Assembly (NCBI GenBank): GCA_045539015.1
Contig: JAZQEN010000014.1
Location: forward strand, 10,039 to 74,038
Direction of reading: 5' to 3'
DNA length: 64,000 nt
From: Candidatus Cryptobacteroides sp.
GTDB lineage: Bacteria; Bacteroidota; Bacteroidia; Bacteroidales; UBA932
Under the pieces are notes generated by a model, which searched no databases, was not told the DNA's origin, and worked only from the letters and a program-made list of their open reading frames with translations. Positions within the stretch are counted from its first letter, which is position 1. Each line of letters starts with the position of its first letter. The position numbers and the translations under genes were made by a program. Positions 1 through 9,319 of the stretch are shown piece after piece.

Positions 1-15
1 AGTGTGGATGACTGC

Positions 16-723
16 CTACTCCTCCCAAGGTTCGTTGAAGGGGAGGAGGAATGGGTTGGTCATGCCTTCGGTGGCGATGTCGGAGCATGGGCCGTGGCCT
101 GGGATGACGCTGACGGAGCCGTCGAGTGTAACCAGCTTGTCAAGAATGTTGCGGATCAGCTGGTCGTAGTCTCCGCCAGGATGGTCAGTGCGTCCGATGG
201 CTCCGGCGAAGAGAGTGTCGCCGCTGAACAGGGCTCCTTCGGCCTTTTCATAGAAGCAGACGCCTCCGCGCGTGTGGCCGGGAGTTTCAAGCACATTGAA
301 TCTGAGGCTGCCGACTTCGATGACGTCGCCCTCGGCAACCGTCCTCAGAACAGATTCGTTATCAGGAGTTCCCTCCAGCAGACTCTGGGCAAAGGCAGTG
401 TCAGGCAGCGGAAGTCCAAATGACTTGCACACATAAGGGTTGGTATTCTCCAATGTGTATTTTTCAGCCGGATGCAAGTAGACCGGAAGTCCGCCATAAT
501 GCTCTGACAGGGCTGATACTCCATAGATATGGTCGAAATGAGCATGGGTGAGCATGATGCACACGGGCTTCAGTCCACGGGATGAAACCAATCCGGTAAG
601 TTGTGAGAGTTCTGCAGGTGTGCAGCATCCCGGGTCGACGAAAGCGCATGAGCCCTCCGAGTCCCAAACCACGCTGCAACGTGTCTGGAAGGCATTGAAA
701 GTGAAATCTTCTATGTGTATCAT
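16..723 (-). CDS. MBL-fold metallo-hydrolase (glyoxalase II-like)
   Basis: THAHFDH metal motif, TPGHT, FSGDTLF and PGHG. Start moved to ATG 723 (MIHIEDF), downstream of a minus-strand -7 box. Confidence 0.9.
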   Translation of the reverse strand: MIHIEDFTFNAFQTRCSVVWDSEGSCAFVDPGCCTPAELSQLTGLVSSRGLKPVCIMLTHAHFDHIYGVSALSEHYGGLPVYLHPAEKYTLENTNPYVCKSFGLPLPDTAFAQSLLEGTPDNESVLRTVAEGDVIEVGSLRFNVLETPGHTRGGVCFYEKAEGALFSGDTLFAGAIGRTDHPGGDYDQLIRNILDKLVTLDGSVSVIPGHGPCSDIATEGMTNPFLLPFNEPWEE

Positions 724-740
724 GTCATTAAATCCTAAGT

Positions 741-774
741 TTTGGCAAAAATACAAAAGAAGTTATTAACTTTG
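741..774. promoter_or_regulatory. Overlapping divergent Bacteroidetes sigma-A promoters
   Basis: Plus strand: TTTG 741-744 and TAACTTTG 767-774 upstream of the kinase. Minus strand: TATTTTTG (746-753) upstream of the MBL gene. Confidence 0.65.
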
Positions 775-814
775 CCTAGTTATATACATGAAAAAACAAT
801 AAAAATTCGAATAT

Positions 815-1435
815 ATGCATATCGCGATCGCAGGTAATATCGGCAGCGGAAAGACAACTCTTACAAAGATGCTTGCTGCCCATTACGGATGGACTCCGAA
901 ATTCGAGTCTGTGGACTACAACCCATACCTCGCAGATTTCTACGACGACATGGAAAGGTGGTCATTCAATCTTCAGGTATATTTCCTCAACAAGCGCTTC
1001 AAGGATGTCGTTGACATTTCAAAATTGGACGAGGTGATCATTCAGGACCGTACAATCTATGAGGATGCGCGCATCTTCGCTCCAAACCTCCATGGTATGG
1101 GTCTTATGAGCACGAGGGACTTCGAGAATTACTCGGACCTCTTTGACCTCATGATGTCTCTGGTAAATCCACCTGACCTTCTGATCTATCTCAGAAGCTC
1201 GATCCCTAACCTTGTGAGCCAGATCCAGAAGAGAGGTCGCGAGTATGAGAAGAGCATACGTATCGACTATATTACCGGACTTAACGAAAGATATGAAAAC
1301 TGGATCAGGGATTACAAGCACAATCTGCTTATCCTTGACGTTGACCGTATTAAGTTTGAGAACCGTCCTGAGGACTTCCAGGAGGTTGTCGACAAGATTG
1401 ACGCAGAACTTTTCGGTCTTTTCAAGAACGAGTAA
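815..1435 (+). CDS. Deoxynucleoside kinase (dNK family)
   Basis: P-loop GNIGSGKTT, DRTIYED and KRGREYE lid motif. Confidence 0.92.
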   Translation: MHIAIAGNIGSGKTTLTKMLAAHYGWTPKFESVDYNPYLADFYDDMERWSFNLQVYFLNKRFKDVVDISKLDEVIIQDRTIYEDARIFAPNLHGMGLMSTRDFENYSDLFDLMMSLVNPPDLLIYLRSSIPNLVSQIQKRGREYEKSIRIDYITGLNERYENWIRDYKHNLLILDVDRIKFENRPEDFQEVVDKIDAELFGLFKNE

Positions 1436-1460
1436 AGTCTAATCCTAAAACATAAAATCT

Positions 1461-3371
1461 ATGGCAGAAAGAATAACTATCATTGACTTCGTGGAGAAGT
1501 ATGTTGCCAAGTACTCGAAGAATCCTTTCCTTTGGGAGAAGAATCTTGATACAAACGAGTGGGAGTCAACATCTTACGAAGATACTCTCAAGCAGGCAAA
1601 GCGTATTGCTGCCGGTCTGATGGCTCTTGGAGTTCAGAAGGGTGAGAAGGTGTCTTACCTCTGCGAAGGACGTAATCTTTGGGTGATCGGAGAACTTGGA
1701 GTTCTCTATGCGGGTGCAGTTAACGTTCCGCTTTCGATCAAGCTCGAAGAGGCAAATGATCTGGTATTCCGTGTAAAGCACTCGGATTCCAAATATGTGA
1801 TCACATCAAAGTTCCAGCTTCCTAAGATCCGTAAGATCCTTCCAGAGTGTCCGATGGTGGAGAAGGTCATCCTTTTCGACAAGGTGGATGATATGAAGGA
1901 GAACGAGATCTATATCGGTGAGATCATGGAGATGGGAGACAAGTTCCTTGCTGAGAACGAGGAGCAGTTCGTGAAGAGATACCAGTCTGTGGGACCTGAT
2001 GACTATGCGAACATCAGCTATACTTCAGGAACTACCGCAGACCCTAAGGGTATCCTTCTTACTCACAGAAACTATACAGCTAACGTCGAGCAGGCTCACT
2101 CTGTCATCGGAGTCGGAGAGACAGACCGCATGCTCATCATCCTTCCGCTTGACCACTGCTTTGCGCATGTAGCCGGCTTCTATACAATGATGTCTTACGG
2201 AGCATCGATCGGTACCGTTCCTTCGGGAAAATCCGGCAAGGAGGCTCTCAGAAACATCCCTTCAAGCATCAAGGAACTCAAGCCTCATGTGATGCTTTCG
2301 GTTCCTACCCTCGCAAAGAGTTTCAAGAAGAATATCGAGACTACCATCAAGAAGAGCGGAAAGACTGTAGAGAAACTCTACAATTATGCTCTCAAGGTGT
2401 CCATCAAGTATAATAAGGAAGGTTACAACAAGGGAACCCAGTTCACTGATATCTTCCGTAAGCCTGTAATGTGGCTCTTTGACAAGATCATATTCAAGAA
2501 GGTGCGTCAGGGCCTTGGCGGAAACATGAAGTTCTTCGTCGGCGGAGGTGCCCTCCTCGACATCGATCTCCAGAGATATTATTATGCAATCGGAATTCCG
2601 ATGTATCAGGGATACGGTCTCTCCGAGGCTACTCCAATCATCTCTGCAAACTCCCCTGCAAAGCATATCTTCGGTTCGTCAGGAAAGATCGTCCAGCCTA
2701 TGGAGATCAAGATCCTTGACGCTGACGGCATAGAGCAGCCTTTCGGTTCGAAGGGTGAGATCTGCATCAAGGGTGAGAATGTGATGGCAGGTTACTGGAA
2801 GAACCCTAAGTCTACTGCAGATACAGTGGTTGACGGATGGCTCCATACAGGTGATATGGGTTATATGCGTGATGAGGAAATGCTCTACGTGGTAGGTCGT
2901 TTCAAGTCGCTCCTGATCGCTGCTGACGGTGAGAAATACTCTCCGGAGGGAATCGAGGAAAACCTCGTTGAAAGCTCTAAGTTCATCGACGGCGCAATTC
3001 TCCATAACAGCCAGGATCCATACACAATCGCCCTCATCACTCCTAACAAGGAGGCTCTCAAGGCTTACGCCAAGGAGCTCGGCCTTGATCCTGAGACAAA
3101 GGAGGCTAAGGTGAAGATGCTTGAGAAGCTTCAGGAGGAGGTCAATATGTACCGCAAGGGCGGACGTCTCTTCGGTGCTTTCCCTGAAAGATGGCTCCCT
3201 GCTGCTGTCTGTGTGCTTCCTGAGCCTTGGACTGAGCAGAACCACTTCCTCAACAGCTCTATGAAGGTTGTCCGTGGAAGAGTGGAGGAGGCATATAAGG
3301 ATCATATGGCCTTCGCTTACACTCCGGAAGGAAAGAACATAGTCAATGAGATGAATATGGCATCGTTGTAA
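1461..3371 (+). CDS. Long-chain fatty-acid--CoA ligase (AMP-binding, FadD15-like)
   Basis: YTSGTTADPKG, QGYGLSE and GWLHTGDMG adenylation motifs. Confidence 0.9.
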   Translation: MAERITIIDFVEKYVAKYSKNPFLWEKNLDTNEWESTSYEDTLKQAKRIAAGLMALGVQKGEKVSYLCEGRNLWVIGELGVLYAGAVNVPLSIKLEEANDLVFRVKHSDSKYVITSKFQLPKIRKILPECPMVEKVILFDKVDDMKENEIYIGEIMEMGDKFLAENEEQFVKRYQSVGPDDYANISYTSGTTADPKGILLTHRNYTANVEQAHSVIGVGETDRMLIILPLDHCFAHVAGFYTMMSYGASIGTVPSGKSGKEALRNIPSSIKELKPHVMLSVPTLAKSFKKNIETTIKKSGKTVEKLYNYALKVSIKYNKEGYNKGTQFTDIFRKPVMWLFDKIIFKKVRQGLGGNMKFFVGGGALLDIDLQRYYYAIGIPMYQGYGLSEATPIISANSPAKHIFGSSGKIVQPMEIKILDADGIEQPFGSKGEICIKGENVMAGYWKNPKSTADTVVDGWLHTGDMGYMRDEEMLYVVGRFKSLLIAADGEKYSPEGIEENLVESSKFIDGAILHNSQDPYTIALITPNKEALKAYAKELGLDPETKEAKVKMLEKLQEEVNMYRKGGRLFGAFPERWLPAAVCVLPEPWTEQNHFLNSSMKVVRGRVEEAYKDHMAFAYTPEGKNIVNEMNMASL

Positions 3372-3392
3372 GATACCAATCATGAAATATTC

Positions 3393-3426
3393 AACGCTCT
3401 CGACCATGAGTCGAGGGCGTTTTTTT
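3393..3426 (+). terminator. Rho-independent terminator
   Basis: Stem AACGCTCTCGAC / GTCGAGGGCGTT followed by a T-tract. Confidence 0.85.
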
Positions 3427-3476
3427 AGTTTTTATGTTCTAAAATGCGTTATTTACTGAAAAAAGTTGCCAGAAAA

Positions 3477-3509
3477 TTTGGAAAATTGCATCGGGGGGGG
3501 GTATATTTG
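3477..3509 (+). promoter_or_regulatory. Pilus operon promoter with a G9 homopolymer in the spacer
   Basis: -33 TTTG 3477-3480, 21-nt spacer containing G9 (3493-3501), -7 TATATTTG 3502-3509. Confidence 0.75.
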
Positions 3510-3568
3510 TAAATTAGGTTTTATGTCCCTTGGATGAGGGATGTGTGATTTGACATAAGGAATATGCT

Positions 3569-4165
3569 ATGAATAAAAAGTTTATAGTTACCTTCCTGGT
3601 TTTTGTGTGTGTAATTTTTTCGGCGAGAGCGCAGAGGGTTGGAATCAAGACCAACCTGCTGTATGATGCTACGGCAACAGCCAACCTTGGTGTTGAAATA
3701 GGGCTCTCTCCCAAATGGACTATCGATATCTCCGGAAATTATAACGCATGGCAGGTAGGAACTGACAATGGCTTGTGGAAGCACGCTTTCGTGCAGCCGG
3801 AGGCCCGCTGGTGGTTTTGTGACAGGTTCTCAGGACATTTTCTTGGCATACATGCCCTGGGCGGAATATATAATTTCGGAGGTCTGAAGTGGATGTCTGA
3901 TGTCGCTCCCGGTATGGTGGATAGGCACCCGGGTCTGGTCGAGAACAGGTATCAGGGATGGGCCGCCGGAGCAGGCGTAGCATATGGTTACGCCTTCATG
4001 CTGGGCAAGCATTGGAACCTTGAACTTGAACTGGGACTTGGCTATGTCTATTTCGAATATGACAAGTTCGAGTGCGAGGAATGCGGTAGGAGACTTGAGA
4101 CAGAGGTCCCTCGTCATTACGTCGGCCCGACCAAGGCTGCGGTCTCTCTTGTGTACCTCTTTTAA
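3569..4165 (+). CDS. DUF3575 outer-membrane protein (FimX-like)
   Basis: KTNLLYDAT...NLGVE, QPEARWW and the C-terminal GPTKAAVSLVYLF signature; Sec signal. Confidence 0.88.
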   Translation: MNKKFIVTFLVFVCVIFSARAQRVGIKTNLLYDATATANLGVEIGLSPKWTIDISGNYNAWQVGTDNGLWKHAFVQPEARWWFCDRFSGHFLGIHALGGIYNFGGLKWMSDVAPGMVDRHPGLVENRYQGWAAGAGVAYGYAFMLGKHWNLELELGLGYVYFEYDKFECEECGRRLETEVPRHYVGPTKAAVSLVYLF

Positions 4166-4177
4166 CTTTTTCCGGGC

Positions 4178-5635
4178 ATGAAAAGATTATTTACAATCAT
4201 TATATCGTTGGCTGCAGCCGTCTGTACGGCTCAGTCTCAGGAACTCCAGAGCAATCCTGTGAGTCCGCAGGAATATAAGATAGAGAGACGGGGCGACAGG
4301 CTGAATGTGAGTCTGGCACTCGGACTCGAAGAGTTCCGTGTACCGAACAACAGGATGGTAGTGCTGACGCCGAGACTTGTCAATGGCAAGGATACCTTGA
4401 ATCTGTCTACGGTGGGTGTCTTCGGAAGAAGACGCTACATCTATTATCAGCGTAATGAGAAGACCTATCCGGAGGCATTCCAGGATGAGAATATCCGCAG
4501 CAAGGATATGCCGGATACGTACTCATGGGCAGAAACCGTTCCGTTTGCGGAATGGATGGACGGGGCATCAGTGCAGATCCATCGCAGTCTGTATGGCTGC
4601 TGCAATGATATCATAGATGAGGATGTCGTGGCTTTAGGACTATGGGAAGACCTTAAATATGTACCTGAATATATCTGGATCGTTCCTCCTGCAGAACTGG
4701 AAAAGGTAAGGTTCATAGAGGGATCGGCCTTCGTGGATTTCCCTGTTTCAGAGACCGTGATATATCCTGACTACAGGGATAACCGCAAGGAATTGGGAAA
4801 GATCATAGCAAGTATAGACTCGCTGAATCAGGATGGTGACATTACGTTGAAGTCGTTGTTTATCAAGGGATTTGCGTCTCCTGAGAGCCCGTACGACAAC
4901 AACACCCGCCTTGCTAAGGGGCGAACAAAGGCGCTCAAGGAATATGTGTCTCAGCTCTATAAGTTCGAGGATGGGTTCATTCAGACTGATTTCGAACCGG
5001 AGGATTGGGCCGGCTTGAGGAAATTCGTGGACGGATCCAATATCAACCATCGTCAGGAAATCCTTGATATCATTGACGGCGGCCGAGAGCCGGATGTCAG
5101 GGAGTGGATACTCAAGAGCACATATCCGGATGAGTATAAATTCCTGTTGACTACGATATATCCTGCTTTACGTCACTCTGACTATAAGATAGAGTATAAG
5201 ATCGTGAACTATGACGATCTGGATAAGATCGAGCGCGTATTCATGGAGGCTCCGGGCAAGCTCAGTCTGAGGGAAATGTATAATCTATCCACCAGATATA
5301 CACCGGGCAGCGAGGAGTTCAACCATGTCTTCGAGGTGGCCGCAATGGTTTATTCCTCAGACCCTACTGCAAATCTGAACGCCGCCAATGTGGCCATGGG
5401 CAAGAATGATATGCAGAAGGCTTCCGTTTATCTTGACAAAGCAGGAGATTCGCCGTTTGCAATATATGCCAGAGCAATATTTGCAGCTGAGAACGAGCGC
5501 TATGATGAGGCTCGGACACTGTTTGTGAAAGCTGCGGAAGAAGCAAGGAATACCGTAGATGCCTCAGACGATCATGTGGCGGTTCAGGCTGAGATCGAGG
5601 CAGAAAAAATGAATAGATTTATTACAACCAAATAA
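4178..5635 (+). CDS. DUF3868/OmpA-like protein with TPR-like C-terminus (PgmA-like pilus accessory)
   Basis: GFASPESPYDNNTRLAKGR, PEDWAGL, YPALR and ANLNAAN; position between DUF3575 and the major pilin. Confidence 0.82.
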   Translation: MKRLFTIIISLAAAVCTAQSQELQSNPVSPQEYKIERRGDRLNVSLALGLEEFRVPNNRMVVLTPRLVNGKDTLNLSTVGVFGRRRYIYYQRNEKTYPEAFQDENIRSKDMPDTYSWAETVPFAEWMDGASVQIHRSLYGCCNDIIDEDVVALGLWEDLKYVPEYIWIVPPAELEKVRFIEGSAFVDFPVSETVIYPDYRDNRKELGKIIASIDSLNQDGDITLKSLFIKGFASPESPYDNNTRLAKGRTKALKEYVSQLYKFEDGFIQTDFEPEDWAGLRKFVDGSNINHRQEILDIIDGGREPDVREWILKSTYPDEYKFLLTTIYPALRHSDYKIEYKIVNYDDLDKIERVFMEAPGKLSLREMYNLSTRYTPGSEEFNHVFEVAAMVYSSDPTANLNAANVAMGKNDMQKASVYLDKAGDSPFAIYARAIFAAENERYDEARTLFVKAAEEARNTVDASDDHVAVQAEIEAEKMNRFITTK

Positions 5636-5654
5636 TTATTAATTTCCAACATTT

Positions 5655-7184
5655 ATGAAAAAGTTTTCATTTTTGATGGCAGCCCTGCTCGTGGTGGCAG
5701 CAGGCTGTAACAAGGAGCCACAGGGCGGCACTGATGCCGGCACTGCGGAAGGACAGGTCTACATGTCTTTCAAGATTTCCACTCCTGCAACAAAGAGTTC
5801 TACTGACAACACAGGTGAGTCAAACTCAGATGCAAATCCTGAGGTCGAAGTAGGTTTCGACAAGGAGAACAAGATCTCTACCGTAGACATCTTCCTCCAG
5901 AAGGCAGGCGAGGATGTGGCTGTATTTGCAGATGACGTCACTGCAATCATCGGTGCAGGTACAATCTACTCTGCTACTTTCGATCTTAAGTCATTCACTG
6001 ACGGAGATTACTATGTTTATGTAGTATGCAACGACTCAAACAATACGGTTTCTTCGCTTGATGACGAGTACACCGTTGCAAATGAGGATCTTACTCAGAA
6101 CATTGCAAAGGACAACTACTTCCTTATGACAAATGCAAAGCTTTCTGACGTTGTGACTATCGACACTGAAGAGATGAAGGCCCACACAGTTGCTACAAAT
6201 CCTTTCGATCTCGGAACTGTTGAGGTTGAGCGTGCAGCAGCCCGTTTCGACTACAAGGCAGCAATGACAGACAATGTATACAACCTCGACGCTGACGGTA
6301 AGGCTGGCGCAGGTGTGAAGCTTACTCACGCAGCTCTCATCAACGCAAGCAAGGAGTTCTTCTATTTCCGTCGTGTTTCAGCTGACGGTACAGACGCGAA
6401 CTGGACAGTATGTGGCGCTGAGACTTCAACCAACTATGTGGTAGACACTGACTGGGCTCTCAAGAATGATGCAAAGACAAATACTGAGGCAGCAAAGACC
6501 GGATTCTTCGACTATATGGATACTCCAGCAGATTGGAACTGGGCTGAGCTCGCAGCTCTTACATCTGATGACAATATCGACGGCCAGATCAACAGCAAGG
6601 ACGGTGACTACAAGGTATGGCGTTATGCAGTAGAGAACACAATCCCTGGCGACGTTGAAAATCAGGTGAACGGTGTGACTACCGGTGTTGTGTTCAAGGG
6701 TATTCTTGTTGACAACACTGCAGCAGCTATTACAGGTACTGAGGCTGTCTATGTACACAACAATGTTTACTATGGAACTTGGGCTGAGGTTGAGACTTAC
6801 GCAGCAGCTGCTGACGCTCCGTCAACTCTCGTTTCTGCAGTGGAATATGTCGATGCAAGCACAGATGCTGCCAGATATACAGATGCAGGCTTCACTGTAT
6901 ACAATCCGAACACAGAAGGACAGTATGAGGTTCTCTACTACTACTGGAACCGTCACAATGATAACGGCGATCCTAACACTAAGGGCTTAATGGAGTTTGC
7001 TGTCGTTCGTAACAACGTATACAAGCTTGCTGTAACCAAGATCAATAAGTTCGGCTATCCTGCAGATGGTGAGACACCTGATGTTCCTAACCCTGGTGAT
7101 CCGGACGAAGACCTCAACTACTACTTCACAGTATCAGTAAAGGTTCTCCCTTGGGTAGTACGCGTAAATGATATCGAATTCTAA
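5655..7184 (+). CDS. Mfa1-family type V pilus major subunit (lipoprotein)
   Basis: Lipobox AAGC, VERAAARFD, VVRNNVYKL, Pro/Asp-rich linker and terminal donor strand VLPWVVRVNDIEF. Confidence 0.9.
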   Translation: MKKFSFLMAALLVVAAGCNKEPQGGTDAGTAEGQVYMSFKISTPATKSSTDNTGESNSDANPEVEVGFDKENKISTVDIFLQKAGEDVAVFADDVTAIIGAGTIYSATFDLKSFTDGDYYVYVVCNDSNNTVSSLDDEYTVANEDLTQNIAKDNYFLMTNAKLSDVVTIDTEEMKAHTVATNPFDLGTVEVERAAARFDYKAAMTDNVYNLDADGKAGAGVKLTHAALINASKEFFYFRRVSADGTDANWTVCGAETSTNYVVDTDWALKNDAKTNTEAAKTGFFDYMDTPADWNWAELAALTSDDNIDGQINSKDGDYKVWRYAVENTIPGDVENQVNGVTTGVVFKGILVDNTAAAITGTEAVYVHNNVYYGTWAEVETYAAAADAPSTLVSAVEYVDASTDAARYTDAGFTVYNPNTEGQYEVLYYYWNRHNDNGDPNTKGLMEFAVVRNNVYKLAVTKINKFGYPADGETPDVPNPGDPDEDLNYYFTVSVKVLPWVVRVNDIEF

Positions 7185-8210
7185 ATGAAACTTAAAAGTG
7201 CAATATTATCTGTAGCCGGCAGAGGCCTTATCGGCCTCATGCTGGCTGCGGGTAGTATGTCATGCAGCACGATCTTCACAGATCAGACCGATTGTCCGCG
7301 AGGAGTCTCCCTCAGATTTGTCTATGACCATAACATGGAGTATGTGAACTCTTTCCATACTCAGGCTCATTGTGCAACCGTCTACGTCTTCGATGAGGAC
7401 GGAAAGTACGTGGCCAGATATCAGGAGGAGGGCGATCATCTCCGTGATGAGTCATGGCGTATGACTTTCGATCTGGAGCCGGGCAATTACAATCTGATTG
7501 CCTACAGCGGCCTTGCTTGTGAGGAAAGTTCCTTCACTCCGACTGAAATGATGCCTTCAAAGGCCTCTGGAAGTCAGATCAACGAACTTGCCGTGACGTT
7601 GAATCATGATGGCTTTGTCTCTGACAAGGCGCTGCATGACCTTTATTACGGCAATCATGGTGAACCTCTGAGCCTGACCGTCCTTCCGGATGATTATGTC
7701 GAGGAGACTGTAAACCTGATAAAGAATACCAATAATATCCGTATCATCCTTCAGCAGATGAACGGCGAGCAGATTACGGCTGATGAGTTCGAATTCTCCA
7801 TCACCGATGATAACTCGCACATGGATGTGAACAACGATGTCGTTTCAAAGGGTCAGGTCACATACCTCCCTTGGACAAAGGGCGAGACCGTTGTGGGTGT
7901 GGCTGAGGACGGACATACTCCGGTGACTGCTGCCTTTGCCGAGTTCTCGACATCGCGTCTGACAACGGAAACTTCTCCGCGTCTGGCCGTGTTCAGCAAG
8001 GAAAGGAACGAGGATATCATCAACATTCCTCTGAATACCTATCTCCTGCTGCTCAAGAGCCAGCTCTATGACAAGATGTCTGCGCAGGAGTACCTCGACA
8101 GGGAGAGCATGTGGACGATTGCATTCTTCCTCGACTCCGGCAACCGCTGGGTCAATACGCATATTATTGTAAATGATTGGACTATAAGGATTAACGATTC
8201 GGAGTTCTGA
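7185..8210 (+). CDS. FimB/Mfa2-family pilus anchor lipoprotein
   Basis: Lipobox SMSC, CPRGVSLRFVYD, YVFDEDGKY, QEYLDRE and terminal VNDW. Confidence 0.87.
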   Translation: MKLKSAILSVAGRGLIGLMLAAGSMSCSTIFTDQTDCPRGVSLRFVYDHNMEYVNSFHTQAHCATVYVFDEDGKYVARYQEEGDHLRDESWRMTFDLEPGNYNLIAYSGLACEESSFTPTEMMPSKASGSQINELAVTLNHDGFVSDKALHDLYYGNHGEPLSLTVLPDDYVEETVNLIKNTNNIRIILQQMNGEQITADEFEFSITDDNSHMDVNNDVVSKGQVTYLPWTKGETVVGVAEDGHTPVTAAFAEFSTSRLTTETSPRLAVFSKERNEDIINIPLNTYLLLLKSQLYDKMSAQEYLDRESMWTIAFFLDSGNRWVNTHIIVNDWTIRINDSEF

Positions 8211-9316
8211 TGCTCAAGACTGTCGGACATATTCTGACCGCTGTGCTTGCGGGACTGTTGCTTGCAGGATGCGGCATCTACGACGATCCTGTTGAGGATG
8301 TTGTCGTGGATGAACCGTCTGTTGTCCTTTCCCTCAATATAGAAGTGTCGGATGCCCCAGCAGTCAAGGGATATGCAGATCCTGAGTTTGCCGGCGAAAT
8401 GATGCAGACCCTCCGGATTGTCATTGTCCGTCCTGACGGCATCGTGGAGCATAACCGTCTGCTCGACCTGGCGTCTGATCCGAAACTGCTGGTGACGGAC
8501 CAGAAGTTCGAGGTCAAAGGTAACGAGCTCAAGGACGTTTATCTGATTGCAAATGAGTCCAATCTGAAATCAAAGTCGGCATTTGACTTCTCACTGATAC
8601 CTGCCGGGGGAGTCATCCAAAGCGAGAGAATGGCATCGCTGGCAATGTCAATGGGAAGTAATGAGGACCTTTTGGAACTGCCTGTGCCGATGTCTGCCTC
8701 GTATAAGATAATGATGCCGCAGACTGATGTCGCAGCTGATCTGGAAATCTTCCGCTCTGCTGCAAAATTCACATTCCGCTTCATCAATGAGACGGAATAT
8801 ACATATGACCTGACAAGGATCAAGATCAGCAAAGCCGCTCATAAGGAGTTTTTCTTTCCTTCGGAAATAACTCTGGGCGATTATTCATATACTGAGTCCG
8901 GCGTGACCGTGACAGGATCCCAGATAACTGAATATTCCGTGCCTTCTGATGCCGGATATTATGATTTTGTCAGGAATTACGACAGCCATCTCATCTTGGG
9001 ATGGGCAGGAAGCGGTAAACTCAATGCACCTGAGGTATGCAAACTGACACCGCTATACATTTTTGAGGGAAAGCATGTAGATGAGGCCTCTGACGGAAAG
9101 AACTATAAGGTCACATTCGTGCTCAACGGACGAGAGTTCGAGAAATATCTCCCTTCTTTGTCGGAACTTCCTAGAAATACCCACGCGGTCGTTACCGCGA
9201 GGTTGACCGAGCAAGGAGTTCTGGACTGGTTTGATGTAAATCTTGATGTGGACGTGCGTCCGTATACTGAACTGCCTTATGGCGATGTGGAACTGGAACC
9301 CGGATTCGGATTATAA
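8210..9316 (+). CDS. Minor pilin lipoprotein (Mfa3/FimC-like)
   Basis: Lipobox LAGC, YLIANE, RSAAKFTF, LPRNTH and C-terminal LEPGFGL; overlaps the previous stop codon. Confidence 0.7.
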   Translation: MLKTVGHILTAVLAGLLLAGCGIYDDPVEDVVVDEPSVVLSLNIEVSDAPAVKGYADPEFAGEMMQTLRIVIVRPDGIVEHNRLLDLASDPKLLVTDQKFEVKGNELKDVYLIANESNLKSKSAFDFSLIPAGGVIQSERMASLAMSMGSNEDLLELPVPMSASYKIMMPQTDVAADLEIFRSAAKFTFRFINETEYTYDLTRIKISKAAHKEFFFPSEITLGDYSYTESGVTVTGSQITEYSVPSDAGYYDFVRNYDSHLILGWAGSGKLNAPEVCKLTPLYIFEGKHVDEASDGKNYKVTFVLNGREFEKYLPSLSELPRNTHAVVTARLTEQGVLDWFDVNLDVDVRPYTELPYGDVELEPGFGL

Positions 9317-9319
9317 GAG

